A DNA stretch of 64,000 nucleotides from Bacteroidota bacterium (GTDB lineage: Bacteria; Bacteroidota; Ignavibacteria; UBA10030; UBA6906). Both the position numbers and the translations under genes were made by a program. Position 1 is the first letter of the stretch. Each line of letters opens with the position of its first letter. Positions 9,193 to 18,336 of the stretch are shown here, piece after piece. The notes beneath the pieces were generated by a model. The model worked only from the letters and a program-made list of their open reading frames with translations, was not told the DNA's origin and ran no database searches. Location of the stretch: NCBI GenBank assembly GCA_040756745.1, contig JBFLYO010000012.1, positions 10,429 through 74,428 of the forward strand, in the 5' to 3' direction.

Positions 9193-10086
9193 ATGACTGC
9201 CTGTGGAATCTGCGGCGGCGACGGCCTGGTGCCAATGTTCCAGGCGAGGGACGAGAACTTCCATACGACCGATGAGCTCTTCACCATTGAGCGGTGCCCT
9301 GTGTGCGGAGCGGCACAGACGATACCCCCTGCCGCTGTGCACCAAGTCGGGAGCTACTATCCGCAGTCGTACTACCCGACGGTTGTTCTGGATGCGTCAC
9401 GGTATGAACGGAATATCGGAAGATTTCAGAAGGAGAAGCTTGATTTTGTCCGTCGCTTCCGGTCGGGAGGGAAATTGCTCGACATCGGGTGCGGGGCAGG
9501 CTACTTCCTGCGGGAGGTGGTGCGCGCCGGTTTCGACGCAGAGGGGGTAGAGCTCAGCCGTGAAGCCGCCGAGTTCGGGAGGACGCAATGGGGTCTCCGA
9601 ATTGCGGAAGGGGATGCCCTCAGCGTTTCACTTCCTGAGGCATCGTACGACGTGATCACGATGTGGCAGGTACTTGAACATGTGCTGAATGTGAGGGAAA
9701 CGCTCAACAAGGTCCATGCGCTCCTCCGTCCCGGCGGTATCCTGGTTGTTGCTGTGCCCAATATCGGGAGCTGGCAGGCCAGGCTGTTCCGCGGTCGGTG
9801 GTATCATCTCGATGTCCCCAGGCACCAGTTTCATTTCGATCCGAGCACACTCCGCACGTTGCTTGGGGAACACGGGTTCTCCGTTGTCGGTGAGAGCCGA
9901 CGGTCCGCCGAACACAACTGGGCAGGCATCATGGGGAGCATGATCGAATTCTCCCCTCCTCGCATCACGCAGGCGGGGAAGGCGTTCCGTCGCTTTATCG
10001 CACGCCCGCTCGCAGGAACGGCGTCCTGGATCGAGGAGATGCTCGGCAGCGGCGGAACGTTCACGCTCAGCGCCGAAAGACGCTGA
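9193..10086 (+). CDS. Class I SAM-dependent methyltransferase with an N-terminal CxxC…CxxC zinc-ribbon
   Basis: CGICGG…CPVCG zinc-ribbon followed by a methyltransferase motif I (LLDIGCGAGYFL) and a post-I acidic residue. ATG at 9193 follows the flippase stop at 9118. Confidence 0.75.
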   Translation: MTACGICGGDGLVPMFQARDENFHTTDELFTIERCPVCGAAQTIPPAAVHQVGSYYPQSYYPTVVLDASRYERNIGRFQKEKLDFVRRFRSGGKLLDIGCGAGYFLREVVRAGFDAEGVELSREAAEFGRTQWGLRIAEGDALSVSLPEASYDVITMWQVLEHVLNVRETLNKVHALLRPGGILVVAVPNIGSWQARLFRGRWYHLDVPRHQFHFDPSTLRTLLGEHGFSVVGESRRSAEHNWAGIMGSMIEFSPPRITQAGKAFRRFIARPLAGTASWIEEMLGSGGTFTLSAERR

Positions 10087-10095
10087 TCGGAACTC

Positions 10096-11052
10096 ATGAA
10101 CGCCGCCCGACGTCCGGATGTATCGATCGTCTTCACGCACTGGAACGTCCGTGACCTCCTCCGGAACTGCCTCATTTCGTTGAAGGAAAAAACTGTCGGT
10201 CTCACCTACGAGATCATCATCGTTGACGATGGCTCCACCGATGGGAGCGTTGAGATGATCAAGAGGGAGTTCCCGGAGGTGAGGCTCGTCGAGAATGGCA
10301 CGAACATCGGCGTGGCAAAGGCGTACAACAGGGGGGCAGCCCTGGTCACCGGCCGGTACATGCAGATGCTCAATACGGACATGGTGCTGGTGAACAATGC
10401 CATCAAGATTTTGATGGAGTTTCTTGAAACGCACCCTGAAGCAGGCGCGTGCGCAGGGAAATTACGGAACCCGGATCTCTCAACGCAGATCTCATACGGA
10501 TCCTTCCCGAGTCTTCTTCAGGGATTCGCGGATGCGTTCGGCCTCCGACATCTGCTCCCGTTCGTGCGCTGGCCGCTCGCCGGGGTCTGCCCCGACGACG
10601 CACAAACGGAACCGCTGGAAGTCGAGTACCTCTCCGGCGCGGATATGCTGATCCGAAGCGAAGTGATCGAACGGATCGGGTTCTTTGATGAACGGTATAC
10701 GAGCTATTGCGAGGAAACCGACTTCTGCTACCGCATCAGGCATGAGTCGCCGTGGAAGCTCTATTATGTGCCTCAGGCCGAAATCATCCACTTCGGGGGT
10801 CAATCCTTCAGCAAGGTTCCGGAATACCGTCTTCGTCTCATGTATTCTGGCTACGACAAATTTTTCACGAAGCATCATGGCGAGGCGTACTCGTTCCTGA
10901 CACGCTTCCTGTATGCTCTGCGGTTTGTGCGGCGGTGGATCGTGGCGCGAGTCGCTTATGCCTTCAGACCCGACGAGTCACACAAGTGGGCCGTGACGGA
11001 GGCGTCGTGGCATATCCGGTATGCGCTGTTCCCGCAAGAAGGGAGGACGTAG
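10096..11052 (+). CDS. Glycosyltransferase family 2
   Basis: GT-A fold with VSIVFTHWNVRDLLRNCLISL, the DxD-type motif IIIVDDGSTDGS, and …SGADMLIRSEV…. Confidence 0.85.
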   Translation: MNAARRPDVSIVFTHWNVRDLLRNCLISLKEKTVGLTYEIIIVDDGSTDGSVEMIKREFPEVRLVENGTNIGVAKAYNRGAALVTGRYMQMLNTDMVLVNNAIKILMEFLETHPEAGACAGKLRNPDLSTQISYGSFPSLLQGFADAFGLRHLLPFVRWPLAGVCPDDAQTEPLEVEYLSGADMLIRSEVIERIGFFDERYTSYCEETDFCYRIRHESPWKLYYVPQAEIIHFGGQSFSKVPEYRLRLMYSGYDKFFTKHHGEAYSFLTRFLYALRFVRRWIVARVAYAFRPDESHKWAVTEASWHIRYALFPQEGRT

Positions 11053-11083
11053 GTTGAGATCGAGATTGAGATCGAGATCAATC
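11053..11083 (+). repeat. Hexanucleotide microsatellite GTTGAG ATCGAG ATTGAG ATCGAG ATCAATC, i.e. (GAGATY)4 with three GATC sites
   Basis: Same repeat unit as 6346-6373. It begins 1 nt after the GT2 stop codon (TAG 11050-11052). Confidence 0.85.
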
Positions 11084-11112
11084 TTCCTATTGGATAAATG
11101 TAAGAGGGCCCA

Positions 11113-11544
11113 ATGTCCGGATCTTTCATCAAGCGACACCCGCTCAGGTTTCATGAGGATGACCGTGGCGTCAGATATAACGACATCTTCCCCATCGGGC
11201 AGGGAGACGTCAATGCGACGGTCGTTTATCCAGGCGCCCTCTCCGCTTGGCACCGTCACCAGCTGCAGGACGACTACCAGATCTGCGTGAAAGGGGCGCT
11301 CAAGTTCGGCTTCTGCGACAAGCCCGCCGCTCAGGGAGGGACGGTGGAATGGGTGTATTCCAGCGAACGGAGTGCGAAGGAAGGGGCTCTGTTCATCCCA
11401 CGGGGGATCTGGCATGGCTATTACAATTTCACCGATGAGATCGCGATCGTCCTCTACTGGCTGACAAGCAAGTACAACCCGAAGGACGAGGAGAGGATGA
11501 CGATCGAGAACATGGGCTTTGATTGGATGCGGCGTGCAAAGTAA
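11113..11544 (+). CDS. FdtA/WxcM-like cupin, a probable dTDP-4-keto-6-deoxyhexose 3,4-ketoisomerase
   Basis: A 143-aa cupin with the WHRH His motif and a …IPRGIWHGYYNF… β-barrel. The size and motifs match the FdtA/QdtA family; an RmlC-like epimerase cannot be excluded. Confidence 0.6.
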   Translation: MSGSFIKRHPLRFHEDDRGVRYNDIFPIGQGDVNATVVYPGALSAWHRHQLQDDYQICVKGALKFGFCDKPAAQGGTVEWVYSSERSAKEGALFIPRGIWHGYYNFTDEIAIVLYWLTSKYNPKDEERMTIENMGFDWMRRAK

Positions 11545-13516
11545 GCTTCTCATCACCGGTGGCAAGGGGCAGCTCGCCGGAGAAATCCTCAGGATCGATC
11601 CGGCGGCGCTCGCACCCTCCAGAGAGGAGATGGATGTCGGTTCCTATGAGGCGGTGGATTCGTACTGCTGCCTCCGTGGAATCGGGGTTATCATCCACGC
11701 CGCCGCAGTCACAAACAAATTCAACGAGAATGTGGATGAGGAGTACGTCCGGACCAACATCATCGGAACCGCAAATCTTGCGCTTTGGTGCATCCGGCAC
11801 GACGCCCGGCTTGTCTACGTTTCCTCCGACTACGTCTATCCGGGTGAGGCGGGGAACTTCTCTGAAGAGGCCCCGCTCTTCCCCGTGAACCGCTATGCGC
11901 TCTCAAAGCTCGGGGGAGAGTGTTCCGTACGACTTGTCGCAAACAGCCTGGTGATCCGAACCTCGTTCTACCGGGAGCTCACGTTTTCCAGAGCATGTGT
12001 CGACCAATTCACCTCGCGGATGCCCATCCGCGATGCGGCAGAAGCGATCCATGCCCTTGCGCTCCGGGAGGATGTCCGCGGGGTCATCAACGTGGGCAGA
12101 CCCGCAAAGCGGAATCTGCATGAGATCGTGACGAAGGAATTCAATCGCTCCGCTGAGCCGGTCCGCCGGCGTGATCTTTCCGTCCCGTACCATATTCCGC
12201 ACGACTCCTCACTCAACGTCACTCGCTTCATGAACCTGATGACGCAACTGGCGGCATCGTCGAAGAGCCAAAGGATATGCCGCATCTGCGGCACGGCCAC
12301 TCTCCGTCGCTATCTTGATCTGGGCGCCACACCGTTGGCAAACTCCTACGTGAAGAAGGAAGAGCTCTCCGCACCGGAATACAAAGAAGAGCTTGCCCTG
12401 CAGGTCTGCACAACCTGCGGCTTGTCGCAGCTTACGAAGGTAGTGCACCCCGACTTGATGTTCAAGAACTACCTCTACGTCAGCTCCACGACTGAAACAT
12501 TTCGGAAACACTGCGAGGAAATGTCTGTCACAACTTCGCGCGTTGCGGGTGCACGGGAGGGTGACCTGGTCCTCGACATTGCGAGCAACGACGGATGCCT
12601 CCTTTCCCGGTATCAGTCGATCGGCATGCGTGTTGTGGGAGTCGATCCCGCTGAGAACCTCGCGAGGGAGGCGAACGCGGCTGGGATTCCGACGATCAAT
12701 GCCTACTGGTCATCGTCGATTGGCAACGACATCGCCTCGCGGTTCGGACGGCCGAGAATCATCACGGCCACGAATGTCTTCGCACATGTTGACGACATGC
12801 ACGAGTTTGTGAACGGCGTGCAGGCCTGTCTCGCCCGCCAGGGGATCTTCGTGATCGAGTGCCCCTACGTTCTCGATTTTGTTGAGAAGAATGAGTTCGA
12901 CACTGCCTACCATGAGCATCTCTCATACATCGGCATCACGCCGCTTGTCCGCCTGATGGCGATGCATGGAATGGAAGTGTTCGACGTGGAGTATTTTTCC
13001 GACCTTCACGGCGGGACCATACGGACATACGTCTGCGCAAAGGGGGACTATGCTCGGGGTCCACGCGTCCGGGAATTCCTTGAGAGGGAAAAGGTCTTCG
13101 GCATCACCGCGGAGGCTCCGTACCAGGCCTTTGGCGAACGGGTGCAGTTGAACAAGCGACAGTTGATCGAGTTGATACGGAAGAAACGAAACGATGGCAG
13201 CGTGATCTGGTCCTACGGCGCGAGCGCGAAGGGAAATACGCTTGTGAATTTCTTCGAGCTGACGGCTGCGGACGTCCCTGTGGCCATCGACGATAATCCG
13301 AAGAAGTGGGAGTATTACACGCCCGGTGCTCACATGCGAATCACGGGCATCGATGAACTCTCAACATCGAAGGTGGATTACCTGCTCCTCCTTGCCTGGA
13401 ATTTCCAGAAGGAAATCATCGCGCGGTGCGCTGCTGTGCACTACCGGGGGGCGTTCATCGTTCCCGTCCCCGTGCCGACGATCCTTGCCCAAAACACAGG
13501 AGAACGGAAATCATGA
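11519..13516 (+). CDS. Fusion protein: N-terminal RmlD-like NAD(P)H sugar 4-ketoreductase domain + C-terminal TylC3-like NDP-hexose C-methyltransferase
   Basis: Residues ~1-230 carry ITGGKGQLAG… and a YxxxK motif (NRYALSKLGGE), as in the dTDP-4-dehydrorhamnose reductase family. Residues ~240-665 carry a zinc-binding CRICG…CTTCG module, a SAM-binding fold (LDIASNDGCLLS) and a C-terminal C-methyltransferase domain. Single uninterrupted frame; the N-terminal start is uncertain because it overlaps the upstream gene by 26 nt. Confidence 0.7.
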   Translation: MIGCGVQSKLLITGGKGQLAGEILRIDPAALAPSREEMDVGSYEAVDSYCCLRGIGVIIHAAAVTNKFNENVDEEYVRTNIIGTANLALWCIRHDARLVYVSSDYVYPGEAGNFSEEAPLFPVNRYALSKLGGECSVRLVANSLVIRTSFYRELTFSRACVDQFTSRMPIRDAAEAIHALALREDVRGVINVGRPAKRNLHEIVTKEFNRSAEPVRRRDLSVPYHIPHDSSLNVTRFMNLMTQLAASSKSQRICRICGTATLRRYLDLGATPLANSYVKKEELSAPEYKEELALQVCTTCGLSQLTKVVHPDLMFKNYLYVSSTTETFRKHCEEMSVTTSRVAGAREGDLVLDIASNDGCLLSRYQSIGMRVVGVDPAENLAREANAAGIPTINAYWSSSIGNDIASRFGRPRIITATNVFAHVDDMHEFVNGVQACLARQGIFVIECPYVLDFVEKNEFDTAYHEHLSYIGITPLVRLMAMHGMEVFDVEYFSDLHGGTIRTYVCAKGDYARGPRVREFLEREKVFGITAEAPYQAFGERVQLNKRQLIELIRKKRNDGSVIWSYGASAKGNTLVNFFELTAADVPVAIDDNPKKWEYYTPGAHMRITGIDELSTSKVDYLLLLAWNFQKEIIARCAAVHYRGAFIVPVPVPTILAQNTGERKS

Positions 13517-14457
13517 AAGTCGTTGCGGTAACAGGCTGCCTTGGATTCATGGGATCTCATTTTACCCGCGCATGCCTGGAGAAGGGTTGGCGGGTCTGGG
13601 GGATCGACAAGATGACCTATGCCGCCCGCGCGGAGCATCTTGAGTCATTCCGGAAGTACAAGACATTCAAATTCCTCGAAGCTGACATCGCGACCATGGA
13701 CCACCTGTACGAGGTGGACTACGTATTCAACTTTGCGGCGGAGACCCACGTCGACAACAGCATCGTGGACAGCCGGAGGTTTCTTGACACGAATATCCGG
13801 GGGGTGGAAAACCTCCTGGAGCTGATCCGGGCCAAACGCAACTATGAGATGCCCGTGATGTTCCAGCTCAGCACTGACGAAGTCTATGGCGACCTCGTGC
13901 ATGGGAACCACAAAGAGACCGACCCGCTCCGACCGAGTAACCCGTATTCTGCCAGCAAGGCATCCGCTGACATGCTGATCCTGGCCTGGTACAGGACGCA
14001 TGGGGTTCCGTTCAACATTATCCGCCCTACGAACAATTACGGGATCGACCAGTACCCCGAGAAACTCATCCCCAAGGCGGTGAAGTACCTCTCGCTCGGC
14101 AAGAAGATTCCGCTTCACGGCGACGGCTCGTTCGTGCGGAACTGGCTGCATGCCGACGACACGTCGTCGGCGATCTTCCACATCGTCGAGCATGGCGAGC
14201 GGAACGCGGTCTACAACGTCTCAGGCAATTACGAGGCGCCTAACCGTGAGGTCGTCGCCAAAGTCATCCGGCTGTATTTTGGGAAAGAGGTGCCCATTGA
14301 CGAGCACGTCGAGTTCAACTATGTCAGGATGGGGGAGGATGTGCGGTATTCGCTCGACGATAGCCGGATCCGGTCGCTCGGATGGAAGAATGGCAAGAAT
14401 TTCGATGACGAACTCCGGCTTATGGTGGACTACTACAAGAACAAGTTCACCTGGTGA
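13513..14457 (+). CDS. rmlB: dTDP-glucose 4,6-dehydratase
   Basis: VTGCLGFMGSHF Rossmann motif, YSASKASAD (YxxxK) and an extended SDR fold. ATGA overlap with the preceding gene. Confidence 0.88.
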   Translation: MKVVAVTGCLGFMGSHFTRACLEKGWRVWGIDKMTYAARAEHLESFRKYKTFKFLEADIATMDHLYEVDYVFNFAAETHVDNSIVDSRRFLDTNIRGVENLLELIRAKRNYEMPVMFQLSTDEVYGDLVHGNHKETDPLRPSNPYSASKASADMLILAWYRTHGVPFNIIRPTNNYGIDQYPEKLIPKAVKYLSLGKKIPLHGDGSFVRNWLHADDTSSAIFHIVEHGERNAVYNVSGNYEAPNREVVAKVIRLYFGKEVPIDEHVEFNYVRMGEDVRYSLDDSRIRSLGWKNGKNFDDELRLMVDYYKNKFTW

Positions 14458-14466
14458 TATTCTGCG

Positions 14467-15504
14467 GTGGACCACGCTTCCCCCCTCTGTTCGGTTGTAG
14501 TTCTGAATTACAACGGCCGGCATCTTCTCGATTCCTGTCTGGAATCGGTTTTCCTCCAATCGGGACTCTCCTTCGAAGTCATACTGGTGGATAACGGATC
14601 GAGTGACGGAAGCGTGCGTCACGTGGCGGAGCGGTTTCCGACGGTCCGCATCGTCGCCTCCGATGTCAACCTCGGATACGCGGGAGGAAATAACCTGGGG
14701 GTGGAACACGCCCGAGGCCGTCTCGTGGTTCTCCTGAACAACGACACGGTCGTCGAGCCCGGATGGCTTGTGTCGCTGGTGGACGTGGGAAACCGGGAAG
14801 ACGTCGGGGTTGCCTCATCGCTCGTGCTCACCGAAGGGATCCCCGCGCGGTATTACGAGAAGAACGGCTCGCTTAATTTCGTCTGTCATAACATCATGAG
14901 GATATTTGAACGGAAAGAGGACATCTTTTACGGGGGCGGGGCCTCGCTCCTGTTCAAAAAAGATCTCTTCGCGCTGCCCTTTGATGGTGAGTATTTTGCG
15001 TACTGCGAGGACATCTACCTTGGGTTTCGGGCACGGTTTATTGGATTTCGTGTCGTCCATGCCGACGATTCGGTGGTGCACCACAAGGGAAGTGCAACTG
15101 CGGGTAAACAGAAGAGCGCCTTCACTTCGTATCTCCAGGAACGGAACAGGCTGTTGACCATGTTAATCTTCTTTTCGTGGTGGACGCTGGTCAGAATAGC
15201 CCCATACTTCGTGTTCAACCTGGTTGCCAAGCTTATGCTCGGTGCTCTCACACGCCGACATTCGCTTCCCGGGCTCCTTCGTGCATACTGGTGGCTCGTC
15301 GCTCACCCGGTCGAGATCGCTCAGAAGCGCAGGCGTATGCGGGCGGAACGGCGTGTCAACGAGCGTGAGGTCATTTCGTGGATGACAGGTAAGCTGACAA
15401 ACGGTGAAACCCTTCCGGGAAGGATATTGAATGCGGTTGCGCTCGCATGGTGTCGGTTGGTGAGGCTCAAGACCGTGGAGTCTCTCCCGGCAGGGCTGCG
15501 ATGA
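14467..15504 (+). CDS. Glycosyltransferase family 2
   Basis: VVVLNYNGRHLLDSCLESV…ILVDNGSSDGS… and …GGGASLLFKKDL…. Confidence 0.85.
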   Translation: MDHASPLCSVVVLNYNGRHLLDSCLESVFLQSGLSFEVILVDNGSSDGSVRHVAERFPTVRIVASDVNLGYAGGNNLGVEHARGRLVVLLNNDTVVEPGWLVSLVDVGNREDVGVASSLVLTEGIPARYYEKNGSLNFVCHNIMRIFERKEDIFYGGGASLLFKKDLFALPFDGEYFAYCEDIYLGFRARFIGFRVVHADDSVVHHKGSATAGKQKSAFTSYLQERNRLLTMLIFFSWWTLVRIAPYFVFNLVAKLMLGALTRRHSLPGLLRAYWWLVAHPVEIAQKRRRMRAERRVNEREVISWMTGKLTNGETLPGRILNAVALAWCRLVRLKTVESLPAGLR

Positions 15505-16319
15505 TCTCCGTCATCCTTGTCCAATTCAATAACGGCGGACTGACGGTTGAAGCGGTCCGCACATTGCGTGCATTTCATCGTGAAGCGTATGAGATTATTG
15601 TGGTCGACAATGGCTCCGACGATGGATCATCTGAAATCCTCCGAAAGGAACTGAGCGATATCCGGATCATTGTCAATGAACGCAATGAAGGATTTGGCGC
15701 GGCGAACAATCGGGCAGCCGCGGAAGCCAGCGGAGACATACTCCTGTTCCTAAACAACGACACTGTTTCGACATCCGATTACCTGAGCAGGGCGGCGCAG
15801 ATATTCCGTTCCGATGCTTCTCTCGGGGTCCTTGGGCCGAGATTGCTCTTCCCCGATAACACATTCCAGCTTTCCGCGGGGGCATTGCCCACGTTTTGGA
15901 ACGAGGCCCGGGAGAAGGCGCTCTATGCCCTGGAGCGCAGGAACGTCTCCGTCGTCCGCCGTGCAGCGGAGAAGTACTTTTCTCAGCGAAGGGATGTGGG
16001 TTGGGTGACGGGGGCAGCGCTGTTGATCCGCAGGGATCTGTTTCAGCAGATCGGGGGTTATGATCCCTTGATGTTCATGTACTTTGAGGACAAAGACCTG
16101 TGTGCCCGCGTCTCCCGGCTGGGAAAACGGGTAGTGTACGATCCTTCCATGAGCGTTGTTCATCTGAAAGGAGGAAGCTCGTCGGGTCCGGCACGATTGA
16201 CTGCTCGCACCGCCTACCGGCGCAGCCAGATCCGGTACTACGAGATGCATCGCCCGGGGTACGAGCAATGGCTGTTGCGGTTATATCTGAGACTCACCGG
16301 TCGACTCCCCCATGCCTGA
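15501..16319 (+). CDS. Glycosyltransferase family 2
   Basis: ISVILVQFNNGGLTVEAVRTL…IIVVDNGSDDGS… and …GAALLIRRDLF…. ATGA overlap with the upstream GT2. Confidence 0.85.
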   Translation: MISVILVQFNNGGLTVEAVRTLRAFHREAYEIIVVDNGSDDGSSEILRKELSDIRIIVNERNEGFGAANNRAAAEASGDILLFLNNDTVSTSDYLSRAAQIFRSDASLGVLGPRLLFPDNTFQLSAGALPTFWNEAREKALYALERRNVSVVRRAAEKYFSQRRDVGWVTGAALLIRRDLFQQIGGYDPLMFMYFEDKDLCARVSRLGKRVVYDPSMSVVHLKGGSSSGPARLTARTAYRRSQIRYYEMHRPGYEQWLLRLYLRLTGRLPHA

Positions 16320-17418
16320 TTCGCCCCTGCGCGTCCTGCTGATGATCGATGAGGCCTCCGTGGGAGGAGGACAGCGCCACGTTCTGTGGCTCGCCGAGGG
16401 GCTGAACAAGAAGCGATTTGTTGCCGCGGTGGCATGCGAGCCAAGAGGGTTTCTCGTCGATGAGCTGGCGAAGCGGAGAATTCCGCACTTCCCGATCCGC
16501 ATGACCAATATCCCGAGTCCGCGGGCACTGCTGGCGTGCAGGGATACGTTCCGGAAGTTTCGGCCGGATATCGTGCACACGCATGGCGGAACAGCCGGAG
16601 TCACAGGGCGAATCGCAGCGAAATTCTGGACGAAGGCTATCTGTGTTCATACGTACCACGGCCATCATTACCTGCACATCCCGAACCTGCTCAAACGCCG
16701 CATATTTGCATTGAGCGAGGCAGCGCTCCTCCGTTACACAGACCGTCTGATCTGCGTTGCCAGGCCTGATGTCGACACGGGGGCAAAGGCAGGCATCGTC
16801 GATCCGTCAATGACGATCGTAATATACAACGGCATAGACCTTACAGCGTTCAGGGGCCGGCGTTCAAGGAGAAGGAAGGGGGAGAAGGTTATCGGCACGG
16901 TGGGGCGGTTGCACCCGCAAAAGGGGCACCGCGTCCTGATTGCGGCAGCCGCGGAACTGCTCCGATCAGTGCCGAAGGTGAAATTTCTCATTATCGGTGA
17001 AGGGGAATTGCGCGGCGAGCTTGAAGCGTATGCGACGGAACTGGGGATCGCCGATCACATCATCTTCATGGGAGCCCGGACGGATGTTGTTCCGCTTCTC
17101 GGCACCATGGACATCTTTGTTCTCCCATCTCTGTGGGAAGGGCATCCGCTTGTATTGATGGAAGCCATGGCGGCAGGACTTCCTATTGTCGCGTCGGCAG
17201 TGGACGGAGTTACGGAGATCGTGCGGGACGGGAAAGACGCGTTGTTGGTGCCGCCGGGAGATCCCCTCCGGCTGGCCGGGGCAATTCAGCGGCTTCTGAC
17301 GAGCGCCTCGCTTCGGCAGCGGCTCGGGAGTAAGGGGAGAGAAGTGGCCAGAGAGCGATTCTCAGTGAAGAGGATGGTGAAAGAAACCGAGGACCTCTAC
17401 ATGAGCTTGCGAAGATGA
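16312..17418 (+). CDS. Glycosyltransferase family 1
   Basis: GT-B C-terminal domain (…FVLPSLWEGHPLVLMEAMAAGLPIVASAVDGVTEIV…). Start overlaps the previous stop. Confidence 0.85.
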   Translation: MPDSPLRVLLMIDEASVGGGQRHVLWLAEGLNKKRFVAAVACEPRGFLVDELAKRRIPHFPIRMTNIPSPRALLACRDTFRKFRPDIVHTHGGTAGVTGRIAAKFWTKAICVHTYHGHHYLHIPNLLKRRIFALSEAALLRYTDRLICVARPDVDTGAKAGIVDPSMTIVIYNGIDLTAFRGRRSRRRKGEKVIGTVGRLHPQKGHRVLIAAAAELLRSVPKVKFLIIGEGELRGELEAYATELGIADHIIFMGARTDVVPLLGTMDIFVLPSLWEGHPLVLMEAMAAGLPIVASAVDGVTEIVRDGKDALLVPPGDPLRLAGAIQRLLTSASLRQRLGSKGREVARERFSVKRMVKETEDLYMSLRR

Positions 17419-18005
17419 AACTGGGAATCTTCGGCGGCACGTTTGATCCCGTTCATCATGGACACCTCATTGTTGCTGAGTATGTGCGGGAAAAGGTGGG
17501 GCTCGATCGAGTGTTGTTGGTGCCAAGTTTCATCTCTCCCCACAAACAGGAGGAGGCGGTGAGCGAGGTGGAGGACCGTCTCGCCATGCTTCGCGAGGCC
17601 GTCGGGCCGAAGTCACGGCTTGAAATCTCGGAGATTGAACTCCGCAGAGGAGGGGTGTCGTATACCGTCGATACACTCAGGGAGCTGTCAGCGTCACATC
17701 CCGCTGATCGGTTGTTCCTTCTCCTGGGATCTGACAATGTCCGAGAATTTCACACTTGGAAGGACCCGGCGGAGATAGGCCGACTGGCAAGACTCATCGT
17801 ACTGACCCGTCCCGGTCACGAATGGATTCCGTCCGAGTCGTCCCTGCTCGTCGGGGCGATATTCTGTGATGTGCCGGGGATTGATATTTCATCGACGGAG
17901 ATTCGGAGGAGGGTTTCGCTGGGACTTCCGATTGCCTTGATGGTCCCGCCGGGCGTTGAGCGATACATTGTGGAGCACCGTTTGTATACAAGGCCGGCGC
18001 AGTAA
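17415..18005 (+). CDS. nadD: Nicotinate-nucleotide adenylyltransferase
   Basis: GIFGGTFDPVHHGH (HxGH) together with …SxTxIR… (ISSTEIRRR). ATGA overlap with the GT1 stop. Confidence 0.88.
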   Translation: MKLGIFGGTFDPVHHGHLIVAEYVREKVGLDRVLLVPSFISPHKQEEAVSEVEDRLAMLREAVGPKSRLEISEIELRRGGVSYTVDTLRELSASHPADRLFLLLGSDNVREFHTWKDPAEIGRLARLIVLTRPGHEWIPSESSLLVGAIFCDVPGIDISSTEIRRRVSLGLPIALMVPPGVERYIVEHRLYTRPAQ

Positions 18006-18025
18006 AGCAATGTTGATGTCTCATT

Positions 18026-18244
18026 ATGCTGAAAGAGATAGACATGGATATTGACGAAATCAAGTCTGCAATTGCATCGCTCCCGACCGACCAGCGGAGG
18101 AAGGTTGCGATGTATATTTTGGAACTCGAGAAGAAGCATCTCGAAGAGACAGTGGGCCCGCAGATCAAGGAAGACATCCAGGGGGTGTCGAAGGTCCTTC
18201 AGGAAGCATTGGAGAAACTGAAGCGGTTTGCGGGGAAATCGTAA
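18026..18244 (+). CDS. Hypothetical small acidic protein (72 aa)
   Basis: ORF with a Lys/Glu-rich predicted helical sequence and no recognisable motif. Confidence 0.4.
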   Translation: MLKEIDMDIDEIKSAIASLPTDQRRKVAMYILELEKKHLEETVGPQIKEDIQGVSKVLQEALEKLKRFAGKS

Positions 18245-18336
18245 CGGCGGCAGTTGACTTCGGTCCGGTCTTGTTGCAGAACCCGGACTCATCTTGCTTT
18301 CCCAACCGTTGCTGCTTATCTTTACGGTTGTCAAAA

